DNA of 31,472 bases from a virus (lineage: Duplodnaviria > Caudoviricetes), in IMG/VR virus record IMGVR_UViG_3300047561_000293, positions 1-31,472 of that record; one strand, 5' to 3'. The translations under genes were made by a program, and so were the position numbers. The notes under the pieces are model-generated. The model had not been told where the DNA came from. It saw nothing but the letters and a program-made list of their open reading frames with translations, and made no database searches. Positions 9,070 to 17,188 of this stretch are shown here, one piece after another. Numbering within the stretch: the first letter of the stretch is position 1; the number at the start of each line of letters is the position of its first letter.

Positions 9070-9383
9070 TTAAATCGGCAGCGATTATCAAGACAAAGAC
9101 TCTCGCCCCGTGGCGGGAGGTGCGTATTCAAAAGCGCAAACTCAAAAAAGAGCAAGTCGTTGAACGCAGATTGGCAAAAGTCTGCTATCCATCGTCCATT
9201 GATGCTGTTGTACAGCAGGTGGACATTGTGGAAGTGGGCGAGCCAACACGTGATGAAATGTTGGAGCAAGCTGCTAAAATCGGCCTCAAAGTGGACAAGC
9301 GTTGGTCAGACGAAACTCTGCTCAATCGCATCAATCAGACGATGGAGGCCACATCATGGGATACAGCAAACGTCAGTTTGTGA
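9066..9383 (+). CDS. Hypothetical protein with C-terminal helix-extended-helix-like motif
   Basis: PTRDEMLEQAAKIGLKVDKRWSDETLLNRI; translationally coupled to the upstream gene. Confidence 0.65.
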   Translation: MIKSAAIIKTKTLAPWREVRIQKRKLKKEQVVERRLAKVCYPSSIDAVVQQVDIVEVGEPTRDEMLEQAAKIGLKVDKRWSDETLLNRINQTMEATSWDTANVSL

Positions 9384-9838
9384 ACGCTGCCTTTGAGGAA
9401 ATCGGTCTCGCCTCTTATGCGTTCGACCTGACTCCTGAGCAGGTGAACACGGCATTGCGTAGGCTGGATGCAATGATGGCAGACTGGAATGCAAAGGGCA
9501 TCCGCTTGGGTTACCCGCTGCCATCAAGCCCACAAGACAGCGATTTAGATGAACAGACCAATGTGCCTGATTCGGCATATGAGGCCATTATTTGCAGTCT
9601 TGGCATCAGACTTGCTCCGAGCTACGGCAAACAAGTGATGATTGAGACGAAGACCACTGCCAAGCAGGGTTACGATGTCTTGCTTCAGCGTGCAACATTT
9701 CCGCTAGAGAAGCAACTTCCAGCAACCACACCGGCTGGCGCTGGCAACAAGCCCTGGCGTGTGTACGATAACCCATTTGTGCGGCCACCGTATAGCCCTG
9801 TTGATGCTGGCCCTGATGGGCCAATCGAATACTACTGA
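9356..9838 (+). CDS. Head-tail adaptor / packaged DNA stabilization protein, P22 gp4-like
   Basis: ALRRLDAMMADW..GIRLGY, LGIRLAPSYG and PAGAGNK; RBS ggagg before ATG 9356. Confidence 0.85.
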   Translation: MGYSKRQFVNAAFEEIGLASYAFDLTPEQVNTALRRLDAMMADWNAKGIRLGYPLPSSPQDSDLDEQTNVPDSAYEAIICSLGIRLAPSYGKQVMIETKTTAKQGYDVLLQRATFPLEKQLPATTPAGAGNKPWRVYDNPFVRPPYSPVDAGPDGPIEYY

Positions 9839-9846
9839 GGATCATC

Positions 9847-10905
9847 ATGCCTACAATCAATCAATTGCCAGTGCTGAGTCCTATCAGCAGTGGTGATCAG
9901 CTTCCAGTTTATTCGCCAAACAACGGTGATGCACGCAGAACCTCGATTGGCTCATTGCTGACGTTCTTCCAGCAGAGTTTTGCATCGCCCACTTTGGCGG
10001 TGAATCTGTACGTGCCTGGTTCTGGGTTCAACATCACAGTGCCAACACCAGTAAGTCAGCAACAGTGGATGCTGCTGCAACCTGCTGGGACTTTGGCGTC
10101 TGGCACGATAACGCTGCCTCTAAATACTGGCGTGCCTGATGGCACTACGGTGCTGATTACATCAACGCAAGAGATCACCTCACTGACCATCGCGCTAAAT
10201 GGCGCATCTGCCATCTATGGTGCAATCACAAGTCTTGGTGCAGGTTGTGCTGCTGTTTATCGCTTTTACCAGCCAACAAATTCTTGGTACAACATCAACG
10301 CTGAGAACGTCTTGGCGGCTGGCATTGCTGCGTGGTTGAACAATCCCACAAGCGCCAACCTGCGTGCAGCAATGACAGATGAGACCGGAACAGGTCTGCT
10401 GGTATTCAACACCAGTCCAACCTTTGTGACCCCTGTGTTGGGTACAGTGACCAGCGGCAACATCAGCGCTTGCACAAGTACCAGCATGGCGATGGTTACT
10501 CCGATTCTTGGAGTCCCAACGTCTGGAACATTGACAAACTGCACTGGGTTGCCGCTAACGACTGGTGTGACAGGGGCCTTGGCAGTTGCCAATGGAGGCA
10601 CTGGAGCATCAGCAACTGTTCAGGCATTGAGTGGCCCAGGTGCTGTAAATATCACAAGCATTGCCACCGCTTTTACTTCAACTGCTACTGGCAATGCGTT
10701 GACTCTTGCTGATGGCGCACAAGGCCAACTGAAAACGATTATTTATGTTGCAGAAGCGGCTGGTGGTGATACTGGTGTTTTGACTCCAGCCAATCTTGGA
10801 AGCGCCACCACAATCACATTTAATTCAGTTGGTGATTCGGTAACTCTCCAGTTTGCTGGTACTGATTGGTGGGTTGTTGGGTTCCGTGGTGCGGTGGTTG
10901 CGTAA
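9847..10905 (+). CDS. Thr/Gly-rich virion fibre-like structural protein
   Basis: 352 aa; repeats TPVLGTVTSGNISACT / TPILGVPTSGTLTNCT; motifs DETGTGLLVF and GALAVANGGTG typical of phage fibre shafts. Confidence 0.6.
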   Translation: MPTINQLPVLSPISSGDQLPVYSPNNGDARRTSIGSLLTFFQQSFASPTLAVNLYVPGSGFNITVPTPVSQQQWMLLQPAGTLASGTITLPLNTGVPDGTTVLITSTQEITSLTIALNGASAIYGAITSLGAGCAAVYRFYQPTNSWYNINAENVLAAGIAAWLNNPTSANLRAAMTDETGTGLLVFNTSPTFVTPVLGTVTSGNISACTSTSMAMVTPILGVPTSGTLTNCTGLPLTTGVTGALAVANGGTGASATVQALSGPGAVNITSIATAFTSTATGNALTLADGAQGQLKTIIYVAEAAGGDTGVLTPANLGSATTITFNSVGDSVTLQFAGTDWWVVGFRGAVVA

Positions 10906-11090
10906 TGGCGACCAAGCCCAAGTCCTCTGTGAATGAGGCTGGCAATTATACAAAACCAACCATGCGTAAGCGTCTTTTTGAGGAAATCAAAGGTTCTGCT
11001 GTGCAAGGTACTGCAGCCGGTGAATGGTCGGCTCGCAAAGCGCAATTGTTGGCAAAGAAATACAAAGAAAAAGGTGGCGGTTATAAATGA
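10905..11090 (+). CDS. Small basic protein (N-terminal part of a DUF5872-like module)
   Basis: NYTKPTMRKRLFEEIK...GEWSARKAQLLAKKYKEKGGGY; TAATG coupling at 10903-10907. Confidence 0.7.
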   Translation: MATKPKSSVNEAGNYTKPTMRKRLFEEIKGSAVQGTAAGEWSARKAQLLAKKYKEKGGGYK

Positions 11091-11320
11091 AAGCCACACA
11101 AAAAAGTCTGAAGGACTGGGGCGCACAGAAGTGGCGCACCAAGTCCGGCAAGCCGTCCAGTGAGACCGGAGAGCGCTATTTGCCAGAGAAGGCCATCAAG
11201 GCCTTGTCACCGACTGAGTACGCTGCAACAACCCGAGCCAAGCGTGAGGCAACCGCCAAGGGCCAACAATTTGCAAAGCAGCCCAAAAAGGTGGCCGAAA
11301 AGATTAAGAGGTTTCGATGA
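11087..11320 (+). CDS. Small basic protein (DUF5872-like)
   Basis: QKSLKDWGAQKWRTKSGKPS.ETGERYLPEKAIKALSPTEYAATTRAKR; ATGA coupling. Confidence 0.7.
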   Translation: MKATQKSLKDWGAQKWRTKSGKPSSETGERYLPEKAIKALSPTEYAATTRAKREATAKGQQFAKQPKKVAEKIKRFR

Positions 11321-11610
11321 AAACTCCAGCCTATGCACGTAAGGAAGGCCAAAACCCCAAGGGCGGGTTGAACGCTAAGGGGCGAGCTGCTGCCCGTGCT
11401 GAAGGCATGAATCTGAAGCCTCCAGTTAAGTCTGGTGACAATCCTCGTAGAGCATCTTTTTTGGCTCGCATGAGCGGCAACCCTGGCCCAGAATATAAAG
11501 ACGGTGAACCCACAAGGCTGCTGCTGAGTTTGAGAGCATGGGGCGCATCATCAAAAGCAGATGCCAAAGCCAAGGCAAAACGCATCTCTGAACGCAACAA
11601 GGCCAAGTGA
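11317..11610 (+). CDS. Small basic protein (DUF6321-like)
   Basis: RKEGQNPKGGLNAKGRA...NLKPPV...RRASFLARM...PTRLLLSLRAWG; ATGA coupling. Confidence 0.7.
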   Translation: MKTPAYARKEGQNPKGGLNAKGRAAARAEGMNLKPPVKSGDNPRRASFLARMSGNPGPEYKDGEPTRLLLSLRAWGASSKADAKAKAKRISERNKAK

Positions 11611-13055
11611 TGCAGGTCCCAATTCTAAGCGGCATCTACGCTGACAACACGCCAGAGCTGCGCACCGCATACCCTGTGAATATGGTGCCGGTGCCAAAGG
11701 CATCAGGCATCAGCAATGGATTCTTGCGACCAGGCGATGGCATTGTGGCTAACGGCACAGGCCCAGGTATTGACCGCGGCGGCATCAACTGGAATGGTAT
11801 CTGCTATCGCGTGATGGGCACTAAGCTGGTCTCCGTGGCCAGCAATGGCGCTGTGACCATATTGGGCGATGTTGGCGGCCCTGTCACCGACCTGGTGACA
11901 ATGGATTATAGCTTTGATGTGCTGGCCATCGCATCTGGTGGAAGGTTGTATTACTGGATTCCATTCAACACGCCGGGCACCATAGGTTGGAATCCAACGG
12001 CTCCGATCTTAAGGCAGGTTACAGACCCAGACCTTGGCGTAGTACTGGATTTCTGTTGGGTTGATGGCTATTTCATGACCACGGATGGTGCCAATTTAGT
12101 TGTCACTGAGTTGTCAGACCCGACTCAAGTCAATCCCCTGAAATATGGAAGCTCAGAAGTTGACCCTGATCCTGTAGTTGCACTTATCAAGCTGCGTAAT
12201 GAGGTCTATGCTCTCAATAGCAACACGATGGAAGTCTTCGACAACGTCGGTGGTGAGTTATTTCCATTTGCACGCATTGACGGTGCTCAAGTCCAAAAGG
12301 GCGTTCTTGGCACGCACGCCTGTTGCATCTATTTGGAGCGCATTGCTTTCTTGGGAGGTGGTCGCAACGAAGCACCAGGAATCTATATTGGCGCAGCAGC
12401 AACTACCCAAAAAATAAGCACCCAAGAAATCGACAATCTGCTTCTGCAATATACAGAGGCGCAACTGGTACGTGTCCAGCTCGAAGCACGCAACGATAAA
12501 AACCACCAGCACCTTTACGTCCACCTGCCAGACCGCACGGTGGTCTACGATGCCTCAGCATCTGAGGCTCTGGATCAGCCTGTCTGGTTTACTCTGACCA
12601 CCACATTGGTTGGTTTCAACCAGTATCGAGCACGCAATATGGTCTGGATATATGACAAGTGGTTGGTCGGAGATCCGCAGTCCAGCTCTATCGGCTATCT
12701 GGTGCAGAACATTGGCCACCACTGGGGCCAGCAGGTGCGATGGGAGTTTGGTACGGTCATCGTTTACAACGAAAGCAATGGCGCCATCTTCAATCGCCTG
12801 GAGCTGGTCAGCCTGACCGGCAGTGTGACTCTCGGTAAAAACCCACAGATCAGCACAAGCTACAGCGTAGACGGCCTGTCTTGGAGTCAAGACCGCAGTA
12901 TTGCAGTCGGCACGATTGGCAGTACAGCCAAGCGCCTGGCCTGGTTCCAGCAGGGCCATATGCGCAACTGGCGCATTCAGCGTTTCCGTGGCGATAGCGA
13001 TGCCCATGTGTCGTTTGCACGCCTTGAGGCGCAGATCGAGGCATTGGCATACTGA
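11607..13055 (+). CDS. Tail hub / packaged DNA stabilization protein, P22 gp10-like
   Basis: About 482 aa; YPVNMVPVP, DFCWVDGYF and SSEVDPDPVVA; beta-propeller-like composition; position matches. The start may be ATG 11610. Confidence 0.85.
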   Translation: MMQVPILSGIYADNTPELRTAYPVNMVPVPKASGISNGFLRPGDGIVANGTGPGIDRGGINWNGICYRVMGTKLVSVASNGAVTILGDVGGPVTDLVTMDYSFDVLAIASGGRLYYWIPFNTPGTIGWNPTAPILRQVTDPDLGVVLDFCWVDGYFMTTDGANLVVTELSDPTQVNPLKYGSSEVDPDPVVALIKLRNEVYALNSNTMEVFDNVGGELFPFARIDGAQVQKGVLGTHACCIYLERIAFLGGGRNEAPGIYIGAAATTQKISTQEIDNLLLQYTEAQLVRVQLEARNDKNHQHLYVHLPDRTVVYDASASEALDQPVWFTLTTTLVGFNQYRARNMVWIYDKWLVGDPQSSSIGYLVQNIGHHWGQQVRWEFGTVIVYNESNGAIFNRLELVSLTGSVTLGKNPQISTSYSVDGLSWSQDRSIAVGTIGSTAKRLAWFQQGHMRNWRIQRFRGDSDAHVSFARLEAQIEALAY

Positions 13056-13705
13056 TGGCTACTGCACCAGTCTCCCGCAGGTTGAATCTGACTCGCGACC
13101 AGCTCGCAACTTTCCTGACCGACCAGCAGCAGATCAGACAATTTGAGCTGCTATTCTCTATAGTCGATCAAATACAGGATATTATCGGGATTGATTTTCT
13201 GTACCAAGCAGACACAGCAGCGGCCAGGGCCAACAACGCATTGGCCCAGATCAGTGTGCTCGCCCAAGATACTGCAGTTGATGATGCTGTGCTCAATTCC
13301 AAAGTGCAGCAAGCCTTGGATGCCATCCCGCGCTTGGCCCAGGCCTTGGAATTGTTGGCCCTGGCTCCGGTGCGCAATAATGTTGAACTAGAGCACGACA
13401 CCAATGGCGTCTTGCCAGTAAAAAATGGTGGCACTGCTCAAAGTACCTTTACCAATGGACAGTTGTTGATTGGAAACACCACAGGAAACACGCTGACAAA
13501 ATCTACGTTGACTGCAGGTGCAAACATCAATATTAGCAACGGAACAGGTTCGATTACCATTTCGGTGACTGGCCTTGGCACAATTGCATCTCAAAATACT
13601 GGAATATCTGGAACTGCGGCATTGGCAAAACTTACAGCTTTAGGATTCGACGGATCTTTGACCTTTGCCAATGGAATCATTACCGCATATATTGCGCCAA
13701 CTTAA
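13055..13705 (+). CDS. Putative tail needle/plug-like protein (P22 gp26 position)
   Basis: Directly after the gp10-like gene; helical N-terminal half, fibre-like C-terminal half (GVLPVKNGGT, GQLLIGNTTG). Confidence 0.5.
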   Translation: MATAPVSRRLNLTRDQLATFLTDQQQIRQFELLFSIVDQIQDIIGIDFLYQADTAAARANNALAQISVLAQDTAVDDAVLNSKVQQALDAIPRLAQALELLALAPVRNNVELEHDTNGVLPVKNGGTAQSTFTNGQLLIGNTTGNTLTKSTLTAGANINISNGTGSITISVTGLGTIASQNTGISGTAALAKLTALGFDGSLTFANGIITAYIAPT

Positions 13706-13714
13706 GGGAAAATC

Positions 13715-14050
13715 ATGGCTGTTTCAATTAAAGTGCTGATCCCTGCCAAGCAGGCTGAGAACACGCAGACAACGCAATACACGGCCACCAATTGCAAGGC
13801 CATCATCGACAAGTTTACGGCTACCAACACCACAGCAGGCAATGTGACCATCAGCGTCAACTTGGTGACCGTTGGCGGCACAGCAGGCGTGACAAATTTG
13901 ATCGTGGACACCCGCAGCATTGCACCAGATGAGACCTATACTTTTCCAGAATTGGTCGGCCAGTCATTGGACAGTGGCGGGTTCATCTCAACCATTGCCA
14001 GCGCAGCCACATCATTGACAATCCGCGCATCTGGTCGCGAAATTACTTAA
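13715..14050 (+). CDS. Small beta-rich structural protein
   Basis: 111 aa, Thr-rich; C-terminal LTIRASGREIT; RBS-like aaggga. Confidence 0.65.
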   Translation: MAVSIKVLIPAKQAENTQTTQYTATNCKAIIDKFTATNTTAGNVTISVNLVTVGGTAGVTNLIVDTRSIAPDETYTFPELVGQSLDSGGFISTIASAATSLTIRASGREIT

Positions 14051-14061
14051 AGGGAAACAGC

Positions 14062-14460
14062 ATGAACAAATTTATGATAATGCCCGAGGGCTTTATGGGC
14101 CTGCCAATGGATGAGGAATTCATTACCACGGCAGAAAACAAAAAGAACTACGTCATTGCGGTGCAGGACTGGAATTACGGTCCAGAGATGCCAACCAATG
14201 AGCCAGGAGCAAACAAGGAGTTCTACGCAGGGTTGGCCGAAGCCATGCAGTGCACCGAAAAGGATGCACGGCGCAAGCATTGCTCAAACTGTGAGTACTA
14301 CGACAACAGCTTTATAGCCCAAGTCAGGATCGAGCGCATCCCGATGGCAGCCTACGATAAGGGCGCAGGATTTCGCGGTCACTGTGAAAAGCTGAACTTT
14401 ATTTGCAACGATATGCGCGTCTGTCAGGCTTGGGAAGACCGAGAAGAATATGGCGATTGA
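14062..14460 (+). CDS. Cys-rich hypothetical protein (metal-binding, HiPIP-like cysteine spacing)
   Basis: HCSNCEYY...GHCEKLNFIC...VCQAW. Confidence 0.65.
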   Translation: MNKFMIMPEGFMGLPMDEEFITTAENKKNYVIAVQDWNYGPEMPTNEPGANKEFYAGLAEAMQCTEKDARRKHCSNCEYYDNSFIAQVRIERIPMAAYDKGAGFRGHCEKLNFICNDMRVCQAWEDREEYGD

Positions 14461-14538
14461 CCAAATCCCGAAATGTGGGAAAATGCAAATGCTGAGCCTA
14501 TCGAGCCGCCAGCAGCTCACCCTGAAGAGGAGCTGCGT

Positions 14539-14988
14539 ATGTCTGATGTCGATTGGTTAAGAGTGAACCTGCAAAGGGTTTTCGCTCTCCCAATGCCAGC
14601 TGTTGAGTGGCTGCTCATGCTTTATGGGGCCATCCAGGTATTTGATGATGTCGCAGACGGTGATCCAGTCGAGCGCGAAGACCTGAACGCAGCAATCTGG
14701 AACACATTGGTCGGCATGAATCAGAACTCATTCTGGATCGCCAACTCCCACAACCTGACACCGGTTGTTGCGACCATGATCCTGAAGTGGCAAGCATCTG
14801 ATCAGTCCGAGCGATCAGGCAACGCCGATGCACGATCATTCGTCTGGCGTGCCGGATACTATGACGTTGTGCTGATGACCGTGGCGCTATGCCATGGCAC
14901 TCATCGTGCGACAGAATATGCAGGCAATGTCATGGAGTTATATGGCGAGAAATTTGAAGACTATATGAAGGAGTTCAGCCATGCCTGA
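14539..14988 (+). CDS. Helical protein with DDxxDxD motif (isoprenoid-synthase-like), upstream of the ejection genes
   Basis: IQVFDDVADGD; RBS gaggag before ATG 14539; overlaps the start of the next gene. Confidence 0.6.
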   Translation: MSDVDWLRVNLQRVFALPMPAVEWLLMLYGAIQVFDDVADGDPVEREDLNAAIWNTLVGMNQNSFWIANSHNLTPVVATMILKWQASDQSERSGNADARSFVWRAGYYDVVLMTVALCHGTHRATEYAGNVMELYGEKFEDYMKEFSHA

Positions 14989-15631
14989 TCCGGTAACCGC
15001 TTTAGTTGTTGGAGGTTCTCAACTGGTTGGCGGCATTATGCAGGCCGACGCCGCAAGCGAAGCCGCAAGCATTCAAGCAGGCGCATCGCAAGCTGGTATT
15101 GAGGAACAGCGCAGGCAGTTTGATGCACTGCAAGCATTACTAAAGCCTTATGTCGAGGCTGGTACACCTGCGCTCGAGCAGCAACAGGCCTTGCTTGGCC
15201 TACGAGGTCCAGAAGCAGAGCAAGCTGCCATTGAACGCATTCGAGGAGGGCAGACCTTCCAGGAGTTGGCACGGCAAGGCGAAGAAGCATTGCTCCAGCG
15301 TGCCTCGGCCACTGGTGGTCTGCGCGGTGGCAATATCCAGGGCGCACTCGCACAATTCCGACCAGCTTTACTTAGCCAAGCTATCGAGCAGCAATATGGT
15401 CGCCTGGGAGGCATGACGCAATTGGGTCAGCGATCTGCTGCCGGTGTCGGTGCTTCTGGAATGGAGTCTGGGACCAATGTGGCCAATTTGCTGGCACAGC
15501 AAGGAGCAGCCAGAGCTGGGGGAGAACTTGGCGAGGCTAAAGCATACAGTGGCCTGTTTAACCTTCCGGCTCAGGTGCTTGGATTCCAGTATGGTGCAGG
15601 CGGCAAGGCTGGTATGGGATTCGGATTTTAA
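14981..15631 (+). CDS. DNA ejection (transfer) protein, P22 gp7-like
   Basis: Gly/Ala/Gln-rich; LKPYVEAG and ASATGGLRGGN..GALAQ; hydrophobic N-terminus; first of three ejection-type genes. Confidence 0.75.
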   Translation: MPDPVTALVVGGSQLVGGIMQADAASEAASIQAGASQAGIEEQRRQFDALQALLKPYVEAGTPALEQQQALLGLRGPEAEQAAIERIRGGQTFQELARQGEEALLQRASATGGLRGGNIQGALAQFRPALLSQAIEQQYGRLGGMTQLGQRSAAGVGASGMESGTNVANLLAQQGAARAGGELGEAKAYSGLFNLPAQVLGFQYGAGGKAGMGFGF

Positions 15632-15640
15632 GGAATAGAT

Positions 15641-17188
15641 ATGGCCACCATCAATCCATTCCAACCTCCAATCAACTACGCAGTCGACGTGCAAAGCCCA
15701 TTCGAGGCTGCACTCGGTGGATTTAAGATAGGTTCTGGTGTTGCGGAGGCACAGGCTCGAGCATTAGAGCGCGAGGATGCCAGAGCTGTGCGTGAGCAAG
15801 CAAGAGTAGCGCAAGAGCAAGCAAGATTAGCACAGGAGCAATATCAGGCTGGACTGAATTCGTTTTTTGCAAAACCACCAGACGAGCGCACATTTGATGA
15901 GCTGCAGCGTTTAATGGTTGGTGGAAATAAACAGCAGTTTGATGCTTTAAAGCTGATCGGCGAGAGCATGAGCGCAGATAAGCTGAATAGCTCAAAAAGA
16001 TTTACATCGCAGGTTCTATTGGCCTTTGAGGCAAACCCAGAAACAGCAAAGACGCTGCTTCAAGATCGCATCAACGCTGAGACAGATCCTGCCCAGAAGC
16101 GTGCATTTCAAGACATTCTGACGATCGCCAATCAAAAACCAGAGCAAGCCGCACAGCTTGTGGAGTCGCTTGGGGCTGGCACGTTTGGTAAAGACTGGTA
16201 CGAGGGCATCACGAAAGTACGCGATGAGCGTAGGACTGCTGCCAGAGAAGAACCAGCGCTCAGAGAATCAGTTGCAAAGGCAGATGCTGCTGTTGCCAAT
16301 GCTCAGATGAAAGTGCTCGAAGCGGCAACTTATCAAGATCGCTTGAACGCAGAGCAAGATTTGAGAGTTGCTCAAGCGCAAAAAGCACAGGCAGAGGCTA
16401 GAGTCGCACAAGCTACTGAGCCGTTCGCAATCAGTGAAGCTAGGAGTAAATCAATTATCAAAGCTGCAGAGGCCAAGTTTGCGCCGGAGAAGTTCGGCCT
16501 TGAAATTGGTCTGACACAGTCGCAGATTGATCAATCAAAGGCGGCACGTCAAGCATCTATTGCTGCAGCGGCCAAGTCTGGAGCAGAGGCCAAGCGTGCA
16601 CAAGCAGAAGCCAATCAAATTGCAGCAGGCGTCATTCCTGCTGAAAAGCGCCCAGAAGCCGAAACCAAATTCCGCAAGGAATACAACGATCAGACAAAGC
16701 CTTTCCAAGAGGTCAAGTCTGCTTATGGTCGAGTGCTGTCATCTGAGGACACTGCTGTCGGCGACTTGTCTCTGATTTTTGGCTACATGAAGATGCTTGA
16801 CCCAGGCTCGGTGGTGCGCGAGGGCGAGTTTGCCACTGCACAGAATGCCACTGGTGTGCCTGAGCGAATCCAGAACATCTACAATAAGGTCGTCAGCGGT
16901 GAGAGGCTCAGCGCTTCTCAGAGAAATTCATTTAAAGGCCAGGCCAAGAAACTCTACGAATCTGCTGGAGAGCAAGAGACTGTCGTCAGGCAAGGTCTTG
17001 AGCGTATTGCCAAAGGTTATGGTCTGAACACTGGCAACATTTTCTATACGCCAGTCGAAGTCGCACCGACTGCTCGATCTTCAACTCCTGCAAATACCGT
17101 CACAGTCGGAGGTAGAACTTACACGCGTCCTGCGAATTTCACTGACGCACAGTGGAACTCATACAAACAATCTGTGGGGGCACAATGA
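15641..17188 (+). CDS. DNA ejection protein (P22 gp20 position)
   Basis: 515 aa, Ala/Gln/Glu helical; C-terminal domain GDLSLIFGYMKMLDPGSVVREGEF. Confidence 0.65.
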   Translation: MATINPFQPPINYAVDVQSPFEAALGGFKIGSGVAEAQARALEREDARAVREQARVAQEQARLAQEQYQAGLNSFFAKPPDERTFDELQRLMVGGNKQQFDALKLIGESMSADKLNSSKRFTSQVLLAFEANPETAKTLLQDRINAETDPAQKRAFQDILTIANQKPEQAAQLVESLGAGTFGKDWYEGITKVRDERRTAAREEPALRESVAKADAAVANAQMKVLEAATYQDRLNAEQDLRVAQAQKAQAEARVAQATEPFAISEARSKSIIKAAEAKFAPEKFGLEIGLTQSQIDQSKAARQASIAAAAKSGAEAKRAQAEANQIAAGVIPAEKRPEAETKFRKEYNDQTKPFQEVKSAYGRVLSSEDTAVGDLSLIFGYMKMLDPGSVVREGEFATAQNATGVPERIQNIYNKVVSGERLSASQRNSFKGQAKKLYESAGEQETVVRQGLERIAKGYGLNTGNIFYTPVEVAPTARSSTPANTVTVGGRTYTRPANFTDAQWNSYKQSVGAQ

